Assembly (NCBI GenBank): GCA_951406725.2 | Contig: OX597817.1 | Location: forward strand, 70,742,001 to 70,806,000 | Length of the DNA stretch: 64,000 nt | Origin: Octopus vulgaris | Taxonomy: Eukaryota | Direction: 5' to 3' | Shown here: one piece after another, positions 12,371-25,078 of the stretch | Layout of the letters: every line of letters begins with the position of its first letter | Position numbering within the stretch: the first letter of the stretch is position 1 | Translations under genes and position numbers: made by a program | The notes under the pieces: model-generated | The model's input: the letters and a program-made list of their open reading frames with translations, nothing else | The model's database searches: none | Told to the model about the DNA's origin: nothing

Positions 12371-12629
12371 TAATATGATGCTGTCACTTATTCATCGATA
12401 CTCAAAAACTGAACTTTCACCAACTGAATACTTACATGTAGTGCCTTACTGCTTTTTGCTGGATTTTACCTCGAGAAAGGAACCATGAGGAAGGAGGGCT
12501 GAATTTCGAATACTTCGTACAACCACTTTTCTGAAACGGCTGCAGGTTAGGAAAAAAATTTTAATCGCCTCTTTCAATTTAACTTTTTATTTTTCATGTT
12601 TATATTCGTATTTCATTGTTATGTTTATA

Positions 12630-13196
12630 TTGGGTTGTCCGGAAAGTTCGTTCCGATTTTTAAAGGAAAGTAAATGGTCACTAAATACTTGCCATTACAT
12701 TTTTAATGAACCAAATCTGAACCATTTCGTTGCACAATACGTCTCCATCTTTCCTTTTCCTTGAAAATACCCTCTTCCCAGAATTGGGGTGGTTTCAAGG
12801 CAAAGAATTCTTCAAGGTATCTTTTTACGTCATCGAAGGAATTGAAATTTTCACCATTATGACTATTCTGCAGAGACCTGAATAAGTGGAAATCCGAAGG
12901 AGCAATATCTGGGAAATAGGGAGGGTGGGGGTAACACATCCCAGCCGAGCTGCAGCAATTTTTGTCTGGTTCCCAAAGCATCAAGTGCCGAAAATGAACC
13001 TTCTCATCTTTTATTTTAAAGGGTTACAGAATTAACACAGGTTATAGGAACATAAACCTTCTTCCACGAAAAGATAGCTTAAACAGTGCTCTAAATGGTG
13101 GTGTAGTCAAATCCTATTTTATGGACACAAACATGTTCTAAAATAAGTCGAAAGAGAAGCTACTATAAATCGGCACGAACTTTCCGGACAACCCAA
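12630..13196 (-). mobile_element. internally deleted mariner element
   Basis: TA TSDs; ~30 bp TIR TTGGGTTGTCCGGAAAGTTCG; HPPYFPDIAPSDFHLFRSLQN motif. Confidence 0.95.
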
Positions 13197-13371
13197 TATT
13201 TCTATATTTTTATCATGAAATTCTTAATATAAATATGTGGATATTCGTGTGGAATACTGCTTGTGTCCATATTCTTAGTCTTTGCGCTAGATTCAACTTT
13301 AGATGATTTCGTTATAGTTGAGAATTTTTAAATAAGGAATTATGTTTGTGTACGAATGAGAAAATTAATCT

Positions 13372-13424
<53 letters not shown>

Positions 13425-13670
13425 TTGTAACCATCGACCTCTGGAAATCATGACTTCTGTCACTGGATTTCTCTTCACGATCCACCGCCTGACGAACTTC
13501 CTTAATTTGCCATGCAAAAGATAAGATATAAAGATACAAAATAATAATCATAAGACAGAAATTCCAAAGTTTATTGGAGAAGACAGAAAGAAAAACAGAT
13601 CAAAAATTGATCGTAGTCGATTAGCAATTGAATAGACAGCATGACATTTATACTAACCGTCTAGTATCTG

Positions 13671-13703
<33 letters not shown>

Positions 13704-14075
13704 GTCTCACAATAATTTAGAAGTATATTTAACTTTCTGAGAACGAATTTTTAACTTCATTCACTATTACTGTTAACTGAAGGAAAAACATAAAAATATA
13801 TATAAAAAAGAAAAAAAAGATTCTCAGACTTCTTGGCTGGGTCAGAATAAATCCAACTGATGCCTTAAGCACGGCCCAACTATAGTGATCCTTTGACCCC
13901 TGTATTGTATACCTGACAATACATTACGACATAAGTGCTGAATGTGCATTAATAGATTAAAAACTCACTATTCATGCGGGCCAAGTACCAGGTCAACTCT
14001 ACGGCCATATTAAATATAACGTATTTTAGAAATTAAAAAAATTAATTCATTATTAAACGCAATACAACTGGAAAG

Positions 14076-14476
14076 GTGGCGAGCTGGCAAAAACGTTAGC
14101 ACGCCGGGCGAAATGCTTTGCGGTATTTCGTCTGCCGCTACGTTCTCAGTTCAAACTCCGCCGAGGTAGACTTTGCCTTTCATCCTTTCGGGGTCAATTA
14201 AATAAGTACGAGTTACGCACTGGGGTCAATATAATCGTCTTAATCCGTTTTTCTGTCCTTGTTTGTCCTCTCTGTGTTTAGCCCATTGTGGATAGTAAAG
14301 AAATAGGTATTTCGTCTGCCGCTACGTTCTGAGTTTAAATTCCTCCGAGGTCGATTTTTGCCTTTCATCCTTTCAGGGCCGATAACTTTAGTACCAGTTG
14401 CGTACTGGGGTCGATTTAATCGAGTGGCTCCCTCCCCCAAAATTTCGGTCCTTGTGCCTAGAGTAGAAAAGAATAT
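14076..14476 (+). mobile_element. SINE family M, dimeric form (head-core-tail A + core-tail B)
   Basis: Core GACTTTGCCTTTCATCCTTTCGGGGTC occurs twice (resembles the Meta-SINE central domain); same dimer at 59813-60217. Confidence 0.85.
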
Positions 14477-14796
14477 AACTGGAAATAACAAAAGCAAATT
14501 ATTTTCTTATAGCTATGATTGGTACTTCATTTTGTTGACAACGAAGATATTAAAGGCACAGCTTGTCTCAGCGGTATTTGAACTCAGAACGTAAAGAGTC
14601 GGAAAAAAATACGGCAAAGCATTTTTATCCGACACTCTAGCAATTCTGTCACTCATAAGCTATTTAGTTACGTCTGTTTAGGTTCTGAGTTCATGTAGCG
14701 ACCTGATCGACTTCGTCTTTCATCCTTCCGGGTTCTATAAAATAGAGCGATAGCTAAGCACTGGGATCAATTTATTTGACTGTATCCTCCCATCTT

Positions 14797-15128
14797 TTTT
14801 TTTAAAGACTCCGCCGGTTACGACGACGAGGGTCCCAGCTGATACGATCAACGGAACAGCTTGCTCGTGAAATTAACGTGCATATGGCTGAGCATTCCAC
14901 AGACACGTGTACCCTTAACGTAGTTCTCGGGGATAATCAGCGTGACACAGAGAGTGACAAGGCTGACCCTTTGAAATACAAGTACAACTCATTTTTGCCA
15001 GCTGAGTGGACTGGAGCAACGTGAAATAAAGTGTCTTGCTCAAGGACACAATGCGTCGCCGGGAATCGAACTCACAACCTTACGATCATGAGCCGAATGC
15101 CCTAACCACTAAGCCACGCGCCCTCACT
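14797..15128 (-). mobile_element. tRNA-derived SINE with CORE-like domain and tail 1
   Basis: Head GGCGCGTGGCTTAGTGGTTAGG, TGTGTCCTTGAGCAAGACACTT; TSD CTCCCATCTT. Confidence 0.85.
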
Positions 15129-15139
15129 TCTCCCATCTT

Positions 15140-15452
15140 ACATAACCAATGAAGTCATTCTAAAGAGAGACCACACAAGAACTCTTAGCGAAACCATCAT
15201 AGAACAAAAATTCATACTGGCAGGTCACGTACTTCGGCCAGTAGAACTATGCCATTCTAAAGCAGCTTTCAACTGGACACCACTGGAAGGAAAGAGAAAG
15301 AAAGGAAGACGGTATTGAACATTCATAACCGATATGAAAGAGGTCAATATTACATAATCAGATGCAGAGAAAACTGCAGCGGACAGAAACCGGTAGCTTC
15401 GTCTTGTTACCCAATATGCTCAAGCGCACAGGAGGAACTCAACTGAACTAAA
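15140..15452 (+). mobile_element. RTE-like LINE 3' fragment
   Basis: Translates LAGHVLRP...AAFNWTPLEGKRKKGR. Confidence 0.7.
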
Positions 15453-15634
15453 CTTTCTCATCTCATCCTCGCCTCAAAATGTAGCATTGTATCAATGTTA
15501 GAAATCATATCATAAAAGTCTGTAAGCGAAGGAGATTCAGCGACGAAATCAGTGTGGATATATGAAAATGGAAATAAGAAAAACAGGAAAGAATAACATC
15601 CCTTTATGCATAGAGGTATATGGGTAGGTCATTA

Positions 15635-16019
15635 ATGGAAGCACTCCGTCGGTTACGACGACGAGGGTTCCGGTTGATCCGATCAACGGAACAGCCTGCT
15701 CGTGAAATTAACGTGTAAGTGGCTGAGCACTCCACAGACACGTGTACCCTTAACGTAGTTCTCGGGGATATTCAGCGTGACACAGAGAGTGACAAGGCCG
15801 GCCCTTTGAAATACAGGTACAACAGAAACAGGAAGTAAGAGTGAGAGAAAGTTGTGGTGAAAGAGTACAGCAGGGATCACCACCATCCCCTGCCGGAGCC
15901 TCGTGGAGCTTTAGGTGTTTTCGCTCAATAAACACTCACAACGCCCGGTCTGGGAATCGAAACCGCGATCCTACGACCGCGAGTCCGCTGCCCTAACCAC
16001 TGGGCCATTGCGCCTCCAC
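15635..16019 (-). mobile_element. tRNA-Arg-like (octopus OR-type) SINE, full length
   Basis: Head GGAGGCGCAATGGCCCAGTGGTTAGGGCAGCGGACTCGCGGTC; 14-bp TSD TGGGTAGGTCATTA. Confidence 0.92.
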
Positions 16020-16585
16020 TGGGTAGGTCATTAGGGACTAATATAAAGTTAGATATTCTATGATTATCCACGAAAACTGGCGGCAAGGGCTGAGGTTAAA
16101 TGAACATAAAGAATGTCTATTCTATTCTAACTCATCCCGATGGATAGCAGAATACGAAATAACAGCCAGAAATCCTAGCCTGCAATCGGGAAGTATTACG
16201 AAAACGGGCTTGCGAAACTAATTTGTTGTATAAACAGCAACTGTAACTACACAGAAATATTTTGCCAGTCAGAGTTACTGTAGGAATATTTTACCCCTAC
16301 ATGCTCCCGCCACGCCCAAGAAAAAGAAGAAAAGAATCATTATGCAAAGTTTCTTCAAAAGAATTCGAGCCAACTCTTGACTGACAGCTATAAGTTGTAG
16401 TGGCTTGGCATCTCAATCAGCGGTGGTACTCGGAGAATCGTTCTCATGCTGCTCGTTCTCATGACTTGGCTTTTTTACAAATAAATTCTTCACTCATTGA
16501 ATCACCGGTTAATTATTTCTATTTGAACCTTAATTAGTAAGAGATATATCATGTCATCAGTATGCGTGGTACGAATATTATTAAG

Positions 16586-16632
<47 letters not shown>

Positions 16633-16637
<5 letters not shown>

Positions 16638-16856
16638 TAGTGAATGTGTGCGACGACAAAGACAAAAATCTGAGAACATGGTACACAATTATATATGTAT
16701 ATATATATAAATAAGAGAACAAAGTGTATGTACGCCGCTATATATATATATATATATATATATAATACAAGATGGGACAAGAACGCAAAACATCCGGACA
16801 ACTATCCCTTTTTGTATCACCTAGTTGTCCGGATGTTTTGCGTTCTTGTCCCATTT

Positions 16857-16909
<53 letters not shown>

Positions 16910-17013
16910 GCGTACATACACTTTGTTCTCTTATTTATATATATATATACATATATAATTGTGTACCATCTTCTCAGATTTTTGTCTTTGTCGTCGCAAC
17001 ATTCACTAACTTT
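16633..17013. repeat. ~380 bp nested palindrome with (TA)n in each arm
   Basis: 16633-16740 inverts 16905-17013; 16765-16804 inverts 16822-16860; ~17 nt loop. Confidence 0.92.
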
Positions 17014-17159
17014 CTTACAAAAAAATCTAATGCTTTTAGCTTAGACATTTTTGGGAGCAACCAGATCGAACAGTCTCAAGTGTAACTGCCTGAAATTGTA
17101 AGGACATCTTGACTGACGATAAAAGGCTACGAATGACTCGTCTTTTTTTCCCCTTGACC

Positions 17160-17352
17160 CTGAACAAGGACAGACAAACGGATTAAGGCGATTACATCGA
17201 CCCCAGTGCATAACTGGTACTTAATTTATTGACCCCGAAAGGATGAAAGGCAAAGTCGACCTCGACGGAATTTGAACTCAGAACGTAACGGCAGACGAAA
17301 TACAGCTACGCATTTCGCCCGGCGTGCTAACGTTTCTGCCAGCCCGCCGCCA
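17160..17352 (-). mobile_element. SINE family M copy
   Basis: GACCCCGAAAGGATGAAAGGCAAAGTCGACCTCG core. Confidence 0.85.
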
Positions 17353-19736
17353 TTGTATTGAAAGAGAAGCAAACAGGTTGAAATATTAGTTTGGAAAAGT
17401 CCCAATTTATTTTCTTTCCTGAGAACAAATCTGTTGCAGATGCAGTTGTAACTATAGTCACAGTTATGTAGTCGGCCGCTTCTCAGTTGTACAGCTATAA
17501 AATGGTGTGTAATTCTAACCACATTCAGTAACGTGTCTGTCCACGTTCTCCTTCGCATAGGTCTGAGCAACAGGTTGCTCAGTCACATATTCAGAACTGT
17601 GTTGCATTAATGAGAGAGAATCGCAGTAGTTCAGTTTGAATCTTTTAACATTGCAAGTTATTCGTTTATTGATTGTTCTTTTCCATTGCGAGAGAGGGGG
17701 AGAGGAGGAAGAGAGAGAAGGGAAGGAGGAAGAAAGAAAGAGAAAGTAAGGGAGAGAGGGAGAGAGAATTGTCTTGTCAGGAGTCAATTTTATTTCATGT
17801 TTCGTTCGTGATGGTTTCTGATACATTCTTTGACTAGATAGTTTAGGTCGTTTTCTAAAGTACGTGGTGCAATCATGCATTGAATACTTTTCCGTAGACA
17901 TAGCAAAATTTAGCTTAAAATTTAGTGAAGGCTGTTACAGAATTGGTAAGAAGCAACATTTCTCAACAATCAAGGGGCTTTTGGGCCATTTATTTTACAT
18001 GCCACTAAAGAATGCTGTGACACGAAATTGTGGACGCGTATGGCAATTAGTTTCTCTGTATCAACTTCATATATTCCTGTAATTTGGAAACAAAGCTGTG
18101 TTGATGTCATTATAATGTTGCCTATGAATGAGTTAATCAGTCGACTTAGCAATATCAGCTCAACTAAAAATTTCAGAGCTTTCACTGTCAATTAAAGTTT
18201 CATTGAGTGATTGTTAACAGAAAGAGTAATGAATACACGAGGTAAGGTGAATTCCACTAAAGTTGAAGGACTTAATAAATTTGAGAAAATTAATTCATTA
18301 GAGATTGGCCTACTGCCGGATTAGTACATTCAGATGTACATCATCGATATATGACATCTTTTGATGTACATCATCTTCTCTACGATTATCTATTTATACC
18401 CCCACCTCAAATGATATCACTTCTGAGAAGCAATAGTTTCTTGTCAAACATACTTTGGAATAGTAATAATGTTCATGATGATATCGGGTTTCAAGCAGCT
18501 GCATTTTTTGTTTTTTAGCTAAGTCTGCTTTGGCTTGTAGTACTGCTATTTCCAAGTATACTGCTTTATTTCCGAGAAAGCATAGCTTTATGTCTGTCAC
18601 CATTATTCCTAAGATAAAGCCATCTCTTATTGTTTATTGTTTTTTGTAGACTGTTCTTATAATACTGCTGTAAAGTTTCATTTTTTGCTTGAAGAAATTG
18701 ATTCAGTGATTTTGTTGGTTGTTGCATGCATCTTATAAATTGGTGTTTCGCAAAAACCTTATTCACTGGTTAAATTCAAATATCCTTAAGACAATTTATA
18801 GCTTTCTCAATCTGCAGCAATTTCCAACGTGATGTTTGTGCGTGTAGTTTGAACTAACAAATAATGTAAATCGAAATCATATATACCAAGATTTTATTTA
18901 GCAAATGAAGTTACAGCGTAATATCCAGTCTCAATAACAAAGAGAAGTCGTCCTTAATATAACTAAATAACCGGTTTGAGTAAGGAAGATAAGTAGCCTA
19001 TCACTATATTTTAGATTACTATAGGTAAGTAGAATCCCGATGCCCTTTGTGTTTAGTTTGGAGGAATGGCGTCCATAGGTCTTTAACGATAAAAATATTT
19101 CGAAAGTTCCCGTTGCGATGGACAACACAAAAGAATATTCAAACTAAGTGAATCTGTCCAGTTGTTCTTATGAGATGATATCAGCAATGGTAGCAAGCTG
19201 TACCAGTCATCAAATTGTGTGACTGTTTCGAAGGAGATGATGCAAAAACTTAAGTAAATAAGTTATGTTTTATTAAACATGACTAATCTGGGAATGTTTT
19301 GACACCACCTGGTATTATATTCCTAACCATATCTCACACATATGTTGGTAGCCCCGACACCAAGACTGTGTGGAGTATGCTGGGGCACGTTTCAAAAAAA
19401 TCTTCAATCACAGTAGAATTCCTTTTAGGGGCCTGTTGAAATGACTTTTCAGGTTGTTGTGAGTGCCAGTGGGGATGCTGGCTTTATCGGCTATTTCGGC
19501 GTTGCTGATGAAAATAAGTGCAGGTGACAATTCTTTAATGTATCACACAGTAGGATTGAAACCCAAATTACATGTTTACAAACTAAGCTTCTCAACTTTA
19601 CACTCATGCTTGCGCCCCCTTATGAGATTAATACGAATAGTAAATCTTTCTACTAGGTGTAAAACCTGAAATATTGTGTGGTGGTGGGATAGTCGATTAC
19701 ATCGACCTCAATGCTGAACTGCTGCTTATTTTATCG

Positions 19737-20123
19737 GGTGGAGGCGCAATGGCCCAGTGGTTAGGGCAGCGGACTCGCGGTCATAGGATCGCGGTTTCGA
19801 TTCCCAGACCGGGCGTTGTGAGTGTTTATTGAGCGAAAACACCTAAATCTCCACGAGGCTCCGGCAGGGGATGGTGGTGATCCCTGCTGTACTCTTTCAC
19901 CACAACTTTCTCTCACTCTTACTTCCTGTTTCTGTTGTACCTGTATTTCAAAGGGCCGGCCTTGTCACTCTCTGTGTCACGCTGAATATCCCCGAGAAAT
20001 ACGTTAAGGGTACACGTGCCTGTGGAGTGCTCAGCCACTTACACGTTAATTTCACGAGCAGGCTGTTCCGTTGATTCGGATCAACCGGAACCCTCATCGT
20101 CGTAACTGACGGAGTGCTTCCCC
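19737..20123 (+). mobile_element. OR-type SINE inserted into an older family-M SINE
   Basis: Near-identical to 15635-16019; 12-bp TSD CTTATTTTATCG; the host SINE continues on both sides. Confidence 0.92.
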
Positions 20124-20409
20124 CTTATTTTATCGAACCTCGAAGGGATGAAAGATAAAGTCAACCTCGGCAAAATTTTACATATATATATATATGTAGT
20201 AATAATAGGGAGTTAGAGAATGAAAGAAATCTCACATTTAGCTCTCCGTCTGGTGCATGGCCAACACGAATGACCATGTGGTAAGCCGCTGAGTACATCT
20301 CTCACTTGTAGGATATATATTGGGTCAGCTTGTTCTCTGTAATAGAGTTGATGTATTAAACTACCATGAATCGTTCTGAAGATTACTCTGTTATTTCTCA
20401 GCATAGCTG

Positions 20410-20441
<32 letters not shown>

Positions 20442-20495
20442 TGTATGTATGTATGTATGTATGTATGTATGTATGTATGTATGTATGTATGTATG

Positions 20496-20536
<41 letters not shown>

Positions 20537-20590
20537 GTATAATATATATGTGTGTAAGTATGTGTATGTATGTATGTATGTATGTGTGTG

Positions 20591-20661
<71 letters not shown>

Positions 20662-21276
20662 AATGTACGCACATATGTGAAGCTGAAGTTATTCTGTATG
20701 TGTGTATATATATACACAAGTGTATAGATACATATCTGAATAGATTAACATCTCTATAAATCTTTGTGCATTGTTTATTAAATCCTCATCGAATTAAAAT
20801 CCAATGTTTCTCTTACATGGTTGGTTAAGTTTTCATACAGACTCTCTCACACACACATGTACAAATACACACACGCACACATTCACATACGCATACTCAC
20901 ATACACCATAAACACACGTTCAGATATACAAAAATTGCTGACGGTTGTTGGTTTTATTCGGCGAATTGAATAACACGTTATTTCACGGTTAATCACTCAA
21001 CTAGCGCCATTCAGGAGCAGTGAAATCGGTTATATGTTCAAGCCAACGATGGAACCATTTTGTGATCATTCAACCTGCTAGAAATAATAGCCAGCTTTCT
21101 ACTAAAATTATATCCTACCTTCTTATAAAGAATGACGCATAGGATTTTCGTAGTCTGCAGTACACAATGCCTGGAAAAAAAGGCTTGGTTTTGGCTTGAA
21201 GAATTTACTTCTGTTTGGCCAACATCAATTATAAGAACAAGAGCAAAACGAGCACAACATCAACAGCAGCAGCATT

Positions 21277-21600
21277 GCGGTCGGAGGATCGCGGTTTCGA
21301 TTCCCAGACCGAGTGTTTATTGAACGAAAACACTTAAAGCTCCACGAGGCTCCGGCAGGGGGTGGTAGCCACCCCTGTTGTATTCTTTCGCCCCAACTTT
21401 CTCTCACTCTTTCGTCCTGTTTCTTGTCCCCGACTTCCTACGCAACCGCTGAGCCTCGATGCGCATTCATCCATTCGTTGATGCTCTCGGTGTCGGGGGT
21501 TGACCTGCTTTCTCTTCTACGAATAGCAAAGGACCACGTTTCGGACTTCTCCCACTACAGAGAAGACCGCTTCGCTCAACTAACAAACAAACAAACAGCA
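21277..21600 (+). mobile_element. OR-type SINE body with alternative tail ending (CAAA)n
   Basis: Shares GGATCGCGGTTTCGATTCCCAGACCG...CTTTCTCTCACTCTT, then diverges at ~21420. Confidence 0.7.
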
Positions 21601-22215
21601 GCAGCAATTTGGTCCTACTTTAGCTTTAATCGAACAGGTTGAAGGGAGGTAAAAAAATAACAGTTGGTAGATAGTAAATCCGACTTAACCGCATTATGGT
21701 CCCAATGACTGCTGTAGCGAGTATGGTTGGTCATTTTTCGCGGTAACGACATCGCGGTGATTACCGCGGGGCGCGTCTGATTCCACCATTTGTTCCCGGG
21801 AATGAGGCCTTTCCCCTTCCCTCTCCATCTTCTGCTGCTTTACCTCTTCCACTTTTCTTTTTTTTCCCCTTTTATTCATGTTTCTCTGAGTTTAAATGCT
21901 ATAATTTAAAATGTGACTTGTATAATTAATAAGCTGTAGAAATAAATCATTCTCCCCTCTTGCAAAAGAATATTTATTTAGTGACAGCAAGCTAGAGATC
22001 ATGCACAGATTAACACTGGACCTCTAGAATCGCTCGGGTACCTGCCCAATGTGCTAAAACCTTAAAACGGCATTGATAAATATAGGACTTGTGGATTCAT
22101 TCTATAAACTACATCACCTCCCTCTCTCATCCCATCTCTCTCTCTCGCTATCATTCTATCTCTGTCTCTGTCTTTCTCTCTCTCTCCGTATTCTACCAGC
22201 TACCATTCATTCTTC

Positions 22216-22291
<76 letters not shown>

Positions 22292-22697
22292 GATGGGTGG
22301 CCTACGGAAGTGGTTGTTTAGCCATAAATGTTATTCTCGTTGACAAGATTGACTTCATTTAAAACTCCCAACACTGAAATGATCTATGTCATTTATCGTA
22401 CTTTATCGTAATTTACCGTACCATCTCGTAATTTATGATATCTTATCGTACTTTATCGGTCCGATGGCTTTATTTATTTATTTATTTATTTATTTATTTG
22501 TTTGCTTGTTTGTTTATGCACTAATGTTCTTGTACGCCATAATAAATGGCAATTATATCAGCTCTTCTTTAGATTTCAATTTGGTTCACACACACACAAT
22601 TATGTGCATGTACGCAACATTTATATACGTATGTATATATATATGTACACGCACACACATATGTGTGCGTGCGTATATATGTGTAACTATACATATG

Positions 22698-22777
<80 letters not shown>

Positions 22778-22879
22778 TTGTCTGAATGTATGTATGTATG
22801 TACGTATGTATGTATGTATGATCAACAATAAATATAAAACTAACCATCCGAGTTCAATACATTCTGTAAAGGCTTAAGC

Positions 22880-23352
22880 GAAAAGGCGTGGCAATATATA
22901 TAAACAATTTTAATTGTAAAACAATATTTTATAGATTACCAGAATCCACAGAAGTAATGTTATGGACAACAGGCAGAAAAAACCATCGTCTGTTTATTAA
23001 AACTAAGTCTAATAGTTGCAGGTCCATCTTGTGAACTGTCAAGTGATTTTATTTCATGTATTAGAGAAACCGTATTTGATACACAAGTAGAGTCACAGAA
23101 GAGACGACTTGGATATGTTAAATCACCTACTATATGCAACAAATAAAGAACCAAAATAGTTTCTTTTATGTAGCTATCCTATATACAAAATAAGTATATA
23201 ATGCATTTTAGCTACGTATATGTCCTCATTAATTATGCTGCATAAGAAAGGAATTTATCATTGAAGATCTTCAATTTTTTTAATAAAACATCTTCTTAAA
23301 TTTTGATTAAGCAATATACAAACACAAATTTGGAATAGCAATGGGAACAAAA
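22880..23352 (+). mobile_element. Penelope-like RT remnant (highly degenerate)
   Basis: Fragments LKLSLIVAGPSCE, RDDLDMLNHL, EFIIEDLQF, YKHKFGIAMGTK are collinear with the RT at 41900-42340. Confidence 0.75.
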
Positions 23353-24185
23353 ATATTCAAACTGTGGAATTTTTACTAATGTATCTGAAGGTTCAGAGTT
23401 ACGTTGCAAAAAATGGACATTTTAAAATGAAAAAGAATTTTACATGCTTATCTGAAAAATTTACGGGGATTTGACGTGAATTACATTGGCTGAGTTAGCG
23501 AGTCACTTATTTAAACGAATGACTGTTAACCAACAACTAGTACATGATCTGTACATTAGAAAAATTTCAGTAAATATTAAGATCGATGAGCAAGAAATTG
23601 GCAGCTAAACTATGAACTGTTCTCTTTGTCATTGTACGAAAAGTACAAGAATTAATAAAGAAATATTTTTTATTGAAAAACCAAGTTTAAACCGATAATT
23701 AATTATGACATTCATTTAAAAATATCAGTGTCTCTAAAAATAATTGTTATAATCTCGCCTTTTTTCATATTTGAACCTCATAACGTCCCTTGTTGTGTAT
23801 TGAATTTATAAGGATGTTACTTCTAATATATAAACTATAATATATCGCGAATGAAAACTAACAATTCCATTACACATGGAATTTACAAGGAATAGATGTG
23901 AAATTGATATGTAATAATTATTATGAAATAATTCGATTGTAAATATGTATTTTGGATTAATTCAATCACAATCGGAAAGGAATTCAGTACTCGTAACTTA
24001 TGTGGGATATTTTGAATTCACACATATAATATCCTTGTATATATATGTATGCATGTAGTATGTATGTATGTATGTATGTATGTATGTATGTATGTATGTA
24101 TGTATGTATATATGTATTTGTGTGAGTGCGTGTGTCTGTTTGTCTGTCTATCTATCTACCTTTCTGTCTGTCATCTGCCTATCTG

Positions 24186-24264
<79 letters not shown>

Positions 24265-24671
24265 CTCTCTCTGTCTGTCATCTGTTTGTCTGTCTGTCAT
24301 CTGTTTGTCTGTCTGTCTAAATCTCTATCTTATTTTTTTTGTGGTGGGGATCATCTTAATGGTTCTGGTTTTTCATATTTTTCATTGCTCCTTCCGACTT
24401 GATCTAAATAATGGTTTTGAAAGTTTCAACTGTATGTATCCGTCCCATTCCTAAATTTCTGAATTATTTCCGAATTTATTTTCTTCCGTAGTTATTTTTA
24501 AAATTCCTTCTCCCATAATTATTTTTGAACCTGTTTCTTCGTTACGAAAATCGATTTGTCTTCCTTTTAGATACATCCTTTCCCTGATAACTATCGGTTT
24601 TTATTCCTTCAGAATCCTATGGAACAAGTGATGGGTGGGTTTCCGAAAATTTCAACATTTACACTTTTTTT

Positions 24672-25078
24672 TACTCCTTTACTTTCTTTCAGTCATTTGA
24701 CTGCGGCCATGCTGGAGCACCGAATTTAGTCGAGCAAATCGACCCCAGGACTTATTTTTTGTAAGCCTAGTACTTATTCTATCGGTTCCTTTTGCCGAAC
24801 CGCTAAGTCACAGGGACGTAAACACAGCAGCATCGGTTGTCAAGCGATGTTGGGAGGACAAACACAGACACACAAACATATACACGCGCGCGCGCGCACA
24901 CACACTCACATACATATATACAACGGGCTTCTTTCAGTTTCCGTCTACCAAATCCATTCACAAGGCTTTGGTCGGCCCGAGGCTATAGTAGGAGACACTT
25001 GCCTAAGGTGCCACGCAGTGGGACTGAACCCGGAACCATGTGGCTGGTAAGCAAGCTACTTACCACACAGCCACTCCT
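24672..25078 (-). mobile_element. SINE family C, full length
   Basis: Reverse complement of the 33721-34195 consensus; an older copy follows at ~25160-25535. Confidence 0.88.

Noticed and set aside
15750-15935. Repeated small [19 protein letters not shown]
   Set aside because: It lies within the OR-type SINE, uses a non-ATG start, and recurs only because the SINE does.
18390-19260. Possibly decayed coding sequence on the minus strand
   Set aside because: No diagnostic motif could be assigned; probably an old transposon.
19741-19815. tRNA-Arg-like sequence
   Set aside because: It is a SINE head that continues into the SINE body with TSDs, not a tRNA gene.
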